From the human T2T-CHM13v2.0 reference genome, Homo sapiens, in assembly GCF_009914755.1 (NCBI RefSeq), contig NC_060939.1: a DNA stretch of 64,000 nt; one strand, given 5' to 3'. A program made the translations under genes and the position numbers. Shown in pieces: positions 27,616 to 43,464 of this stretch (position 1 is the first letter of the stretch; the number at the start of each line of letters is the position of its first letter). A model generated the notes under the pieces. The model did no database searches and had not been told where the DNA came from. It was given only the letters and a program-made list of their open reading frames with translations.

Positions 27616-29625
27616 AAACCTACGATGCAAAATGAAAATACATATTGAAAAGGATGTGGTTAAATGTAAAATGGTTAAAATACTTTGGAAAACTATTAGG
27701 CAGTATCTACTCAAGTCAAACAGTAGCTTAAACTATGATCATTAATTTTACTTTTAGGCATATTCCCAAGAACCAGTGAGTGCATAAGCCCACCAAAACA
27801 TACATTTAAGAATGTCCATAACAACTTGATTTGTAATAGCCCAAAACTAGAAACAACTTACATGCCCATCAACAGGAAGATGGAAAAACAAATTATGTTT
27901 TAATCATTCAGTGGAATGTTACCTATTCAGCAATAATAGAAAGAGTTTATTGATACATACAATAACATAGATACATTTCACAGAGATAGTGATGAATGAA
28001 AAAAGACAGACACAACAGAGTACATATTGCATGATTCTATTAATGTAATAACAGGTAAAATAAATGTGTGATGATAGAAATAAAAAATTGGTTACTTCAT
28101 AGCAGAGGACAGTTATTGACTCTGAAGCAGCACTGAAAACCTGGGTGCTGGGGATGATCTTATTTTTATTTGGGTTGTTGGTTACATAATTACATTTATA
28201 TGTAAACATTTACTGAGCTGTATGCTAAAATCTGTGAACTTTGTGTTTGCGTATTATACCTCAATAAAAATAATAACTAAATGCAATAACAGTGGCATTT
28301 TAAATTAGTTCAAACATGCATGATCAGAATTGGTCCTTAGGGCTTTCTCTGTGATATCCCAAAGCAACCAATCAGAACAGCCTAGGCAGAAGAATCAGTC
28401 TGTCCCTTTGCCTGAGATAGAATAAATCAAAGAAGCATACACAATGTGAACAACAATGACCAAGAGAAAAAATGATTTTTGTAGCAGTTCCTCTGAAAAT
28501 GAGAGGATTGAACAAATTCATTCAGCAGCAGGATGGGTCTCAATCAATACTGTATGATCAAATACTGTATAAGTTCAGGTCTTTTCCAAGAAGCCAGCTT
28601 CAACTGGTCAAAGACAGTCTCTGTAGATTTGCAGTATGACATGAAGTGTCATTGTTTAGGGATGCTGTAGAAAGCTGATTTTAATATTTGATGCAATACT
28701 GAAAAATATTACGTTAAATTTTAGGAAGTATTTTAAATACTGAAAAATAAACCTTTTTATATGTGGAATTAGCACTGACATGGGCATATGAAGATCTATT
28801 GTCTAAATTTCACTCTCATATTCAAGGCAACCTAATTTTTTTTAACTATTTACAGCTTCTTTGAGCCTAAGACTGTTCTCCCATCAAATACAAAAGTAAC
28901 TTTTTTCCTTCTTTATTTTTTATTTTCTAAATAGAATAACTACTTTTTTCCAAATGATTTCCTAATAAAATATAAATTAAGGTGTTTTGGTTGATGCTTA
29001 GGTGGCATTATGGCCTAAGCATTGCCCTTCGGCCTCCAATTTTGTCTTTTGTGGTCCCCTAAGATTCAAGGAAAACAGCTGGAAAACAACTGGAAGTTGA
29101 TAATTCCCAGCTCTAGTGTTGAAAGATGAAAGGGAAATCTCAAAAGCCTTGCCAAGATAGGCTCACTTATCACTTTGAATTTTAGTCAGTAATTCTGTTT
29201 CAGCCACTGTGCTCAGAAGAGGCAATATTATTCTTTTTCATGTTCATAGAGATTCCTGGTTGCAGTGTGCTACTACCCTAAGCTTCACAGGAGGCACTGC
29301 ACAGAAAGAGAAAGCCAATAATAGAAGACGGAAATTGGTCTTAGAAGTCTTCCATTTTCCTACCTTTCCACTTCCTTATGCCCTCTCCTCTAAAATTTTA
29401 TGCACTACTTCCTCATGGTTCCCTTGAGACCCCAATTACAGCTCTCTCCATTGTTCAATTCCCTCTCAGGAACCTAATTACTTTTCTGCTAACAGGACTT
29501 TGCCAGCAATATTGACACTGATACCGGCTATAAGAAGTATAGTGGAAGAAACTGTGGAGGCAGGCATCCTGGGTCTTGGCTTTGCAATCTGGTCTTGGCA
29601 AATCCAATAGATTTTTCTGAGCCAC

Positions 29626-29822
29626 TTTTTTTTTTTTCATTTTCAAAACAGGGTCTTGCTCTGTTGCCCAGGCTGAAGTACAGTGGCACAATCACCACTT
29701 GACCTACAGCTCACTACAGCCTTGACCTCCCAGACCCAAGCACTTCTTCTGGGTTCAAGCAGTCCTCCCACCTCAACCTCCCAAAGTGCTGGGGTTACAG
29801 GCATGAGCCACCATGCCCAGCC
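29626..29822 (-). mobile_element. Internally deleted AluJ inside a MIR
   Basis: Right-arm 3' part fused to left-arm 5' part. GAGCCA flank repeat on both sides, and MIR sequence at ~29540-29620 and ~29823-29960. Confidence 0.85.
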
Positions 29823-30301
29823 TTTAGAGCCATTTCCATCATTTGTAAAATGTGAATAATAAACCCCTTGTAGAATGCTTCATGGAATAAAGTTAGTATA
29901 CATGACATATTTAATATCATGCCTGGTATATAGCATGTGTTTAAAAAATGATATCCATAATGATTGAATCACAGGCCTCAACTGATTACAATTAAGAAAT
30001 ACCAAGTTGTGCAGTTGGTTTGTCTTAACCTTTCCGTGGTACTTTTATGTTAGAGGAAATCGTGAAACTTCCCAATCATAGTTTTACAACAGTATAGTAA
30101 AATCATTTCATGGGGGCTGGGGGTGTACCAATAGACCCCTTAACCTTAAGAACACCTTAGTTTTGGGTTTTTTTTAGGGGAGGAAACTCATAAATACCAG
30201 ATTGGCATCAGGCAGCTTTACCAAAAGCTCCCATGGAAAATATGACTATGGAAGTCAATTTCATGTGTACCTCTTACCTCTGTGATTCCCCTCGATCTTT
30301 C

Positions 30302-31732
30302 TTTTTACTTTATTTTATTTTTCCATAAGTTATTGGGATACAGGTGGTATTTGGTTACATGAGTAAGTTCTTTAGTGGTGATCTGTGAGATTTTGGTGCA
30401 TCCATCACCCCAGTATTATACACTGTATCATATTTGTAGTCTTTTATCCCTCACTCCCCTCCCATTCTTCCCCTCAAGTCCCCAGACTCCATTGTATCAT
30501 TCTTATGCCTTTGCATCCTCATAGCTTAGCTCCTACGTACCAGTGAGAACATACAATGTTTGGTTTTCCATTCCTGAGTTATTTCACTTAGAATAATAGT
30601 CTCCAATCTCAACCAGGTCAGTACAAATGCTGTCGATTCATTCCTTTTTATGGCTGAGTAGTAGTCCATCATATATGCATACCACAGTTTCTTTATCCAC
30701 TCATCGATTGATGGGCATTTAGGTTAGTTCCACAATTTTGCAATTGTGAATTGTGCTGCTGTAAACGTGCATGTGCAAGTATCTTTTTCAAATAATGACT
30801 TCTTTTCCTCTGGGTAGATACCCAGCAGTGGGATTGCTGGATCAAATGGTAGTTCTACTTTTAATTATCCACACTGTTTTCCATAGTGGCTGTACTAGTT
30901 TACATTCCCACTAGCAGTGTAAAAGTGTTCCCTGTTCACCGCATCCACGCCATCTACTGTTTTTTGATTTTTTTTTATTATGGCCATTCTTGCAGGAGTA
31001 AGGTGGTATTGCATTGTGGTTTTGATTTGCATTTCCCTGATCATTAGTGATGCTGAGCATTTTTTCATATATTTATTGGCCATTTGTATAACTTCCTATG
31101 AATATTGTCTATTCAATTTTCTACACTACTCTATTTCCAGAATACTATAAATGGGGCATAATTGAAAGACTGAGGGTCATGAAATCCTTAGCTCACTTTC
31201 TGATGGGATTGTTTGCTTTTTTCTTACTGGTTTGTTTGAGTTCGCTGTAGAGTCTGGATATCAGTCCCTTGTCAGATGTATAGATTGTAAGGATTTTCTC
31301 CCACTCTGTGGGTTGTCTGTTTACTCTGCTGACTGTTCCTTTTGCCATGCAAAAGTTCTTTAGTTTAATTTTGTCCCAGCTATTTATCTTTGTTTTTATT
31401 GCATTTTCTTTTGGGTTCTTGGTCATGAAATCCAGACTGGTGGAATGGAATAAAGAACCCAGAAATAAACCTAAATACTTAGAGCTGGCTGATCTTTGAC
31501 AAAACAAACAAAAACATAAAGTGAGGAAAGGACACCTTTTTCAACAAATGGTGCTGGGTTAATTGGCTAGCCACATGTAGGAGAATGGAACTGGATCCTC
31601 ATCTCTCACCTTATACAAAAATCAACTCAAGGTGGATTAAAGACTTAAACCTAAGATCTGAAACTATAAAAATTCTAGAAGATAAAATTGGAAAAACCCT
31701 TCTAGACATTGGCTTAGGCAAGGATTTCATGA
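30302..31732 (-). mobile_element. L1PB1-like element, 5'-truncated with a 5' inversion
   Basis: Antisense 3' end TTCCATAAGTTATTGGGATACAGGTGG... runs to 31433; sense-oriented ORF2 piece 31434-31732 ([20 protein letters not shown]). ATCTTTC is repeated at 30295-30301 and 31735-31741. Confidence 0.93.
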
Positions 31733-32647
31733 TAATCTTTCAATTATGCCCCATTTATAGTATTCTGGAAACAGAGTAGTGCAGATTCTTCTTGGCTGCT
31801 GAATTTTTCTTCAAGCATTCTTGGAATCTATTACCAATTCCTGTTCTTTAGAACCCAGTAAGGGGAAAGTGACTCAATGCAGACTATATTTTCTTGACCT
31901 CATCTTTTCTCTGCCATTAAGGTGAACTAAAGGAAGCAACACAATTTCATGTTTAGTCACCACAGAGTCAGACAAGCTCTCTGCAGTGAGAAACTGGACA
32001 AGTTAACCAATCATGATTAGCCTGTTTCTATATGGAGATGATAATGTTGTTTGCTTTCTGCCTAGGGTTATTGTGAAAATTAAATGAATTAGTTACTCAG
32101 CACATGGTAGTATTACTCATCAACTGTAGTTCTTAATCTTACAAGAGAGAGAACTGGCCTCAGATCTGGATGTATGGGATATACTCTTGACTTTTTTCAC
32201 TAAGGTTTCTTAGCCTTTTTCTTTTTGATTTGTCTGCTAAGATCCTTTCTTAATTCTAAGAGTTTAAGAGTTCCTCAAAACCAAAGAAGCCTCCATGTTA
32301 CAGAAGAATTCTACTCTGTGGAAGACAGAGTTTCCAAAAGCAAGGCCCTGATTAGCCAGTTTACTCATCAACAAATATATCTTTGATATCTACTATGTAA
32401 ATATGACCTGAGTATCTAAATTACTAACCTAGAAAATTGTGATGCTTGATGAAGTAGAGGAGGTAAAGATTGCTTCTGGAGAAGAAATGGGGCTCCAACT
32501 AGAAAATTAAAAAACATCCTATAAGGATATGTAAATGAAAGAATCATGTGAGGAAGTTGAAAACTTAAAATGAAAAACACCCAAGTTGCATTTAGTGCTA
32601 CTGATAAAAACCTTCAGATAAGTTAGAGACAATGTAGGTAATCTTTA

Positions 32648-33037
<390 letters not shown>

Positions 33038-33249
33038 CTAGCGTTCAGTAAGAAGTTACAGCATAGCAGGCATTTCCATATTCTTGATCTCAGAACAATC
33101 CTTTTTATAGGAGGAGGAATCTCTGAGGCTAAGTGATTTTCCAAAAGGAATATAGCTAGTAAATGGTTATGCTAGAATTTTAACTCAGGTCTACCTACTT
33201 ATAAAACTCAAGTTTTAATTAATATCTTATTCTTACATTTACATGATCC

Positions 33250-33570
33250 TTCATTTATTCATTCATTCATTCGACCATACCAGGAAATGGGGTTCCAGCG
33301 GCAACCTAAGTAGGCACCAGCCAACCCTATTGAAGCTTACTGTTTTGTAGAAGAGAGAGCCAAAATCAAATAAACAAATATATGTCATTATTAATTATGG
33401 TATATTCTATAAAGGAAACCAGTAGGATGTTTGGAGAAAGAATGAAAAGATATTGTAAATGGGGCTTACTTTAGACAGAGGGATCAGATGTGTCATCTTC
33501 GAGGAGGTGAGATCAACGCTGAAAGCTGAAGGATAAAAATGAATCAGTCCTGCAATGATCAGGGAGAAGA
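33250..33570 (-). mobile_element. L2 3' end fossil
   Basis: (ATTC)n start and L2 antisense motifs. Confidence 0.6.
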
Positions 33571-33732
33571 ACATGAATATTCTACTTCTTCAGCAAAAAC
33601 AGGTAAGGCAATGTCCACCATGTCAAAATTCTGCAGGCTGTTATGATGCAGGTAGCTTGGGGACATTGAAAACAAGATTACATAAAACAACACAGGTGAC
33701 TAGGTAGATCGTTGTGTCAAATTTAGTCAAGG

Positions 33733-34048
33733 TTTCCTTCTTTCCTTCCTTCCTTCCTTCCTTCCTTCCTTCCTTCCTTCTTTCCTTTTTTCCTTCTTCC
33801 TTTCCTTTCCTTTCCTTTCCTTCCTTCCTTTTTTCCTTCTTCCTTTCCTTTCCTTTCCTTCCTTCCTTTTCTCCTTCTTCCTTTCCTTCCTTCCTTTTTT
33901 CCTTCTTCCTTTCCTTTCCTTCCTCTCCTTTCCTTTCATTTCCTTTCCTTCTCTTTCTTTTTCCCTCCATCTCTCTTTCTTCCTTCCATCCCTTCCTTCC
34001 TCCAACTATCTTTCTTTCTTTTCTTTTTGTTTATTTTTCCTTTCTTTC
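33733..34048. repeat. Complex (CCTT)n/(CCTTT)n polypyrimidine tract
   Basis: About 300 bp of almost pure C/T. Confidence 0.97.
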
Positions 34049-34519
34049 AGTTTAGTTACTTAGTTAATAAAATAGTGCTAAAGCTATTTTATCTCAGCTT
34101 CATGAATGGATTGGACATAATCTCTCATGACATACAAAAACATGCTGAATTAAGACTAAGATATTACATTATTTATGTGAAAATAAAATTGGTTCTATAT
34201 CCATCCTATGATGCATTGGTGGTTCTGAACATGGAGAAAACGTTTTCTGGAGGACAGCTGTGGGGGCTCAACCTTCAGTCCTGTTTTGGTGAACATCTTC
34301 ATGTAAGAGTTTAATAGAAGCACATACAATGTGTTTAACAAATTACTGTTGGATGGCTAGATTACAGTGGTGACCAAAACAGAATTGAAAATGCCTTAAG
34401 GTTGTTACACTCTATGTAAACCAAAATAGAATGAAACAAAATGAAAAATATGAGAATTCTACATTTACATTAAAATATTAGATTTTATAAATACAGGTGT
34501 GAGGAGATGGTCCCAAAGC

Positions 34520-34725
34520 ATAGGTAGGGGAGTTCTCAATATCAAAGTTGTCAGAAGCTTAAATAAGTCTGCAGTGTCATAGGTTACTAAATGCAGCCTT
34601 GACAGTTGACACTATGGAGACATCTGTGATGTGCACTGGTCAGAGCCCACCTACTCCATTTTTTCCAGTTCTGAGCCCCAACATTTAAGAGCAATATGGA
34701 AAAAGTAGAATTGGTCCAGAGGAAG
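34520..34725 (+). mobile_element. L3/CR1 fragment
   Basis: CTGGTCAGAGCCCACCT...CAGTTCTGAGCCCCAACATTTAAGAG...GTCCAGAGGAAGG. Confidence 0.55.
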
Positions 34726-34830
34726 GTTTGTGTGCCCCCAGCCATCCAATTATGTTTATGCTATTTCTGCTTAGGGCATTTTTATCTCTACTCCTTTTAA
34801 TTGTAAGGTTCTGCCTTATACATTTGGTAG

Positions 34831-35231
<401 letters not shown>

Positions 35232-35809
35232 CATTTTACATTTCTCTCTCTGAAATTATCTTATTTACCTATTTGTTTAGGTGTTAGAAGTGGAAGAATT
35301 TCTAATTTCCACTAAAAATTGAAGGATGAGAGCAGGGTTTTGGTTCTCTTGCCTCTCCCATGCGACCCCATAGAAGCACTAAAAAAAATTGTTTGAAAAT
35401 GAATCATGTAAAGAATGAATGAAGGAAGCTGCTACATTTACAGCAGACTAAAGGGCTATAGCAGAGTTTCCTGCAGATGTGTGAAGAACCATCCTGGAAC
35501 ACATCAAGGGAACTGTGGTATAAGACTTACTCCAGACATAAGAGTAATCCTTACACTTAGGATTAGCAAGTGGAATTTAAGGAGTCTCAATTTGGCTCAA
35601 AATAAGCAGGAGCTTTTTGCTAATTTGGCCAGTCTGACAATAGTACAAATAGCACAAAGTCGTAATAGAGTTGTACTGAAAGCAAATAACCAAACAATGC
35701 ATAATTGTGAATTGGAGAAATTATACAACACAGCCTTTATAAATAGAAAGCTGAACTAAATAAAGGCTAAAGTCATCTACATCTGAAGAACCTCTCCATG
35801 CATAGTACC

Positions 35810-38355
<2,546 letters not shown>

Positions 38356-39004
38356 AAAATATCTGAAGAAGTTTTTGCTTTGTTCTGCCATTACACCAAG
38401 GAGGAACTCAAACTGCAAAGATAACTACCAGAGCAAAGCTTAGAACCAAGAAGAATTCACTTCATTCATGGGATTTATTTTTGTTATTCTCTGACATTAC
38501 TAGTTTTATAGGTATACAGACAAAAAATAAAAGAATGAATGGCATAGGGGGTCTCATTTATGAAACTAGGATTCTAATGTTCTGTTGAGCAAGGGCTCTA
38601 ATTATTATTTAATAAGATAATTTCCCTAAGACACGTTATTTACCAGATTGGCTGTGTTAATGAGGATGCTTTGCAACTAATTTAAAGCACGGCAATAAGC
38701 ATTTTTATCACAAAAAGGACAAACCTTCTCTAAATAATCAAAGCTCTTATTAGGGGAAAACCTTTCGTAAATAATTATTTATTCCTAAATGGAAGTCAAA
38801 TGCACCACTAAATATCTTCCAGGGAAATGTGAAGCTTTCAATAGTGCATTTAACATGAGACAGTCCCTTGGAAAACACTCCGAGGATGCCACATTTCCAT
38901 CTTCCAATAACTTCCAAGGTCCACATAACAGAATCTGCTAAAGCCATCAACCTGAACTGACCCCAGTTGGTTACTGATTTGTTTGCATAAGATCCTGTTA
39001 CTCA

Positions 39005-39325
39005 GGCTGGGCATAGTGTCTCACACCTGTAAATCTCACCACTTTGGGAGGCCAAGGTGGGAGGATTGCTTGAGTCCACGAGTTTGAGACCAGCCTGGGC
39101 AACATGGAAGACCTTGTCTCTGCAAAAAATAATAAAAAAATAAAAAATAAATAGCCAGACAGACACAGTTGTATGAGCTTGTGGTCCCAGCTACTAAGGA
39201 GGCAGAGGTGGGAGGATTGCTTGAACCTGAGAGGTCAATGCTGCAGTGAGTGTTGCAGTTTGCACCAACCAGCACCCTCCAGCTTGGGTGATAGTATGAG
39301 ACCCTGTCTCAAAAACAAAACAAAA
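39005..39325 (+). mobile_element. AluJ-type SINE with TSD
   Basis: TSD CCTGTTACTCA (38994-39004) / CCTGTTACTTG (39326-39336); the difference fits CpG decay. Confidence 0.95.
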
Positions 39326-40009
39326 CCTGTTACTTGGGTGCTTCCAAAGCGACACTCAATTGTAAATTTCTCCTGTAAATTTCACACCAATTCCTTCTAC
39401 TCACTATTAAAATCAGTAAATGGAGCCAGTAATCTAATCCAAGAGTTTCAAAACATCAGGGTTTACCATGAGGCATCAATTTCCACCCACTCCTCTTCCC
39501 CATTATTGACATGTCACTTTTGTCTAACATCAGTCTCTCATCCAGTAACAAAGATATCCCAAATTACAGGCTTCAAAAGCTCAACCACCTTGTCTGTCTT
39601 TTACAATCCCTTCAGTAAAGACACGCTCGAGGATGTGTGATGCAAACTCAGTGAATTGGAAACCTAATTATGGAGTTCTTCTGTTCCTCCCTTCAATTTA
39701 CCTTTCTTTGGCACACACAGGTGTATTGCCCTAAAATATTCCTCCTTGTGCTCGGCTGGCATTGCCCCTTTTCTTTTCCATTTTCTCAATTCAGATATTA
39801 AGATTATATTTTAAAATTTTAATTTAACAAATGACTTTTTCTCTACCCCTGATTCTAAGCCAAAGCCTTCTCCTAGAATCTCCTTTCTATTCCCTCTTAT
39901 TCAAAGTGGAAATGAATCACAGCATGCAAAAGAGGCACATTTCTTATCATTTTCTTTGGGTGTGGCAGGCAACTGCTTTATGCAGTAGAGAAGAGGGGCA
40001 ATCTTTTAT

Positions 40010-40260
40010 GAAGGGCATGAACTATAAAGTCCTACAGACCTATGTTTAGTGCCCAGTACTTCTGCTTACCTGATGCTAATACTTGAGCAAGTTACTTAGC
40101 ATCATGAAGCATCAAAATCCTTACCTACAAAGCAGGATAATAATAGGCCTGCTTGGGAGAGTTGTTGAGAAGTTTATTCATTCTATAAGTTAATAAATAT
40201 AAAGAATTCAGTATGATGCCAGACACAAAGTACTCAGTAATTACTAGCTATTATTTTTAT
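40010..40260 (+). mobile_element. MIR SINE
   Basis: TTGAGCAAGTTACTTA...CTACAAAGCAGGATAATAATAG...GATGCCAGACACAAAGTACTCAGTAA. Confidence 0.7.
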
Positions 40261-43080
40261 TACTATTTATATTTTATTGATAATGTCAGCAGCAGTGCAG
40301 GGAACCTGGCATCTATTTCTAGTATTGCGTGTCAAGGTTGCTGTAAATCTAGAGAATGGCAGCATCTATGCTCTCTTTTCATTGCAATGCCCCCAGTACA
40401 GCTAATTTTTTATTGTCTCACCTGGATCAGATCACAGCTGCTAGCATGGCCTCCACTTGCAAGGGCTTCCAGTTTACCATCCAGTTCATTCTCTTTAAAT
40501 GTTGCAACTATCTTCCTTAAGGACATCTTTGGTTATTTAACACTTCCTTCTGCGATGGTTTCTAAGGGCTCACCAAATAACAGTGAATGCCCTTACCATA
40601 ACATTTGAGGTCCTCTAAAGTCTAGCCTCAAACTACTATTAGCCTTTAGTTTCCATCATAGGGCTAAAGAGTGGATATAAAGATTCAGCCTCGTGTTGGT
40701 GGCATAACAAGTCAGGGAAAGAAGGAAGGGTTTTCCACTTAGCTGAGCGGGGTGATAGGACTACTACTAATGAAGAAAGCAACACTTCTATCATCAACAA
40801 AACTTCATTTTTTAAAAGTTAAAAATAATAACTATAAAGAGACTCCTAACACTGTTACCCACTTCTATATTCTAAATGTTTCACTTAACATTCAATAAAA
40901 GATATGTCAGAAGCATCCATTTTAGAGAGGCTTTGAAATGTCCAATGAGAAGGTTTATCTTCTCCTCAGTCTCCTTATTCGCTGTGATCTGAGTGTTACA
41001 GGTCATTTTTCTCTACCTACCTGATGTGGCACAAGCAACCTCCTCTCTTGATGACCACAAGCACTCCTTGAAATGGTGTGTAGGTCATGCACATGTATTA
41101 AAACAAACAAACAGAAAATCTGTAATAATAATATGCTAAAGGATTGTGGGTGGTATCTGGCACTGGGTTAGCAGGCACTCCCCTCCTTACTTCCTGTAAT
41201 GAAATTCAAATAAAAAATGAAACCTTGTCTGAGTCTGGAGCCTCAAAAGTAAGGGACTGACTATAAGGATAAGTGTGGAGGAAGTGTTTTTGGTCAGGCC
41301 ACTCTTGCAGTTTGGGGCCACCTGTGAGCTCACAGTCTCTGAGGCTCATTTTGATTGCACTTCCTTCTTTTTAGTTTGGTGGGCTTTCTACCCACACATG
41401 GCTTTGGTAAGAAGTAAGGGTCATGTTGGTATGAGGAGGAGGTCATAGGAAAGCAGGAGCTGGAACACCCCCACCTACCTGCCACCTTTCCTACCTAATT
41501 TCATAAACCTCACATCGAAGCTTTGAAGGGTCTGCTTTTTTTTTTTTTTTTCTAATACCTTTGCTCATGTTATTCCCCCGTCTTTGTGCCCTTTCATTCA
41601 GCTCTCTCTGCTACATTCATCTTCAGCCTTCAGGGTAATGTTTCTCAAACTTCTGCACCAGTCCTCTCTTCAACTAGTCTATACGTAGGTAGTTATTTGC
41701 ACAATGGTATCTCATCTCTAATAGTCTGCCGACTCTTTCAATGCAGAGACCCTGCCTCTCTTCAGTTCTCCCACCTCCTGCCCTAGCCCCTAACAATTCT
41801 TGAATAGCCAGGTGATTGCAGTCTACTCAGCTCTTTTCCTGAAAACAGTAGGAAAATAAATTGTCAGGAAATATAACAAAAGTCCCTTTCTCAAGTCTCA
41901 GAGGTGTTTAGACCAAGTAGTGAAAGAGCTCACAGGTTGTGATAGGCACTGGTTTGATCATTTGTGACAAGCAGCTCTTCTTTAATATCTACTGGTTGCA
42001 CCCAAGCTGTTATCAGCTCCTCTTCTCCTTGGGGGCTTCTTAGTGTCTATGTGTCCATACAGAACATTACTTTTTATGAGGGAATTTTGCCTGAAACACC
42101 AACTCTTTGCAGAGGTGCCTGTTAACTCATAATTCACAGGGATTTGGTCTTCGTCCATGCTCACCCTACCTTTGCCTGACTTTGAAATACTGAGAACTAC
42201 CCTCAGGCTTAAGTGCTGAATTTGCTGTGGTTGTGGGCACACAACTTGGGTTGTCTTGCTCCTCTTGTGAGGTGTAAGGCTTTTTCCCACTTCCCGTTTC
42301 CTGTAGCTTTCCACTGCCTCTGATTTCCAGATGACAGAGTCTCTGCAACTTCTAATAATCCCTTCACTAGGACCAAGCTTGAAAACAAACAGCCCTTTGC
42401 ACATATTAAGTGCTCAAATAGTTTGTGAAATAGAGTTGAGTTGAAAACCATGTTATCAGTGCTGAAAGAATTTAGTGTTTGGTTCAGGGAAAATAGCCTT
42501 ACTGGTTGCATAATTAATCAATAGTCTGTTTTTTCATGTGATAAAATGAATTTGAAGAGAAGTCCTTTGACTTTGCAGGATGCAATGAAATCATCTAATT
42601 TATTACAAAAATAAATGCATCTGCATCTTCCCTGAGGAAATGATAATGGCACTGGCCCTTGATTTCTCTGGAGTGGAAATGACGTTCAAATCACCTGGTC
42701 TTCAGGAAGTATTTTACACCTCCCACCATCCGTGTACTTTCTCACTCTTGCTATATTCCCATGTGGCATCAAGCCCAACGCGTATAACGTGCTTTCTAAA
42801 CCAGAACATAAAAGTGCTAGATTCCAGACAATGGACAGACTCCTAAGCTTCTTCCAAAGAAAGTGCCCTCTAGTTCTGCACCATTGCTGACATAGAACTC
42901 TGATAGTGATAGCCTGTTGTCTTATGTCTTTAAAGTACCTTGTTTGGCCAGTCTAGCCTCTAGTCTATATAAACCATACAGGGTTTATAACAGACTCAGA
43001 TTTAGAAGAAACCTAACATGTAAATTAATTGAGGGATTTTTCAGATATCTTAAAATAATATGCATTGTCTAAATGAAATA

Positions 43081-43370
43081 CAGGTTAAGTATCCCTTATC
43101 TGAAATATGTGGAACCAGAAGTGTTATCAATTTTGGATGTTTTTGAATTTAGAAATATTTGCATATGCATAATGAGATATCTTGGGGATGAGACACAAAT
43201 CTAAACATGAAATTCATTTATGTTTCATACATATCCCATACACATACCTTAACAGTAATTATATACAATATTTTCAATAATTGTATTTATGAAACAGAGT
43301 TTATGTACATTGAACCATCAGAAAGCAAAGGTGTCAGGACATGGAAGTTTCCATTTATGGCATCATAGGG
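43081..43370 (+). mobile_element. Tigger4b/MER46-type TcMar DNA transposon, right end missing
   Basis: TA|CAGGTTAAGTATCCCTTATCTGAAAT start and GTACATTGAACCATCAGAAAGCAAAGGTGTC. Confidence 0.8.
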
Positions 43371-43371
43371 C

Positions 43372-43464
43372 GCACTACAGCCTCAAACTTTTGGGCTCAC
43401 AGGATCCTTCTGGCTCAGCCTCCTGAGCAGCTGAGTCTATAGGTGTGGACCATCACGTCTGGCT
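43372..43464 (-). mobile_element. Alu-monomer fragment
   Basis: CACTACAGCCTCAAACTT..GGGCTCA...CTCAGCCTCCTGAG...; no tail. Confidence 0.8.

Larger units (their letters stand above)
23100..28275 (+). mobile_element. Old L1M (L1ME-like) host element, internally deleted, with several nested insertions
   Basis: ORF1-like sequence is continuous across 23983/25497. ORF2-like sequence at 25760-27107 and 3' end ATTATACCTCAATAAAAA near 28270. Confidence 0.7.

Noticed and set aside
33641-34055. KERK/FPSF-repeat ORFs
   Set aside because: Stop-free simple repeat.
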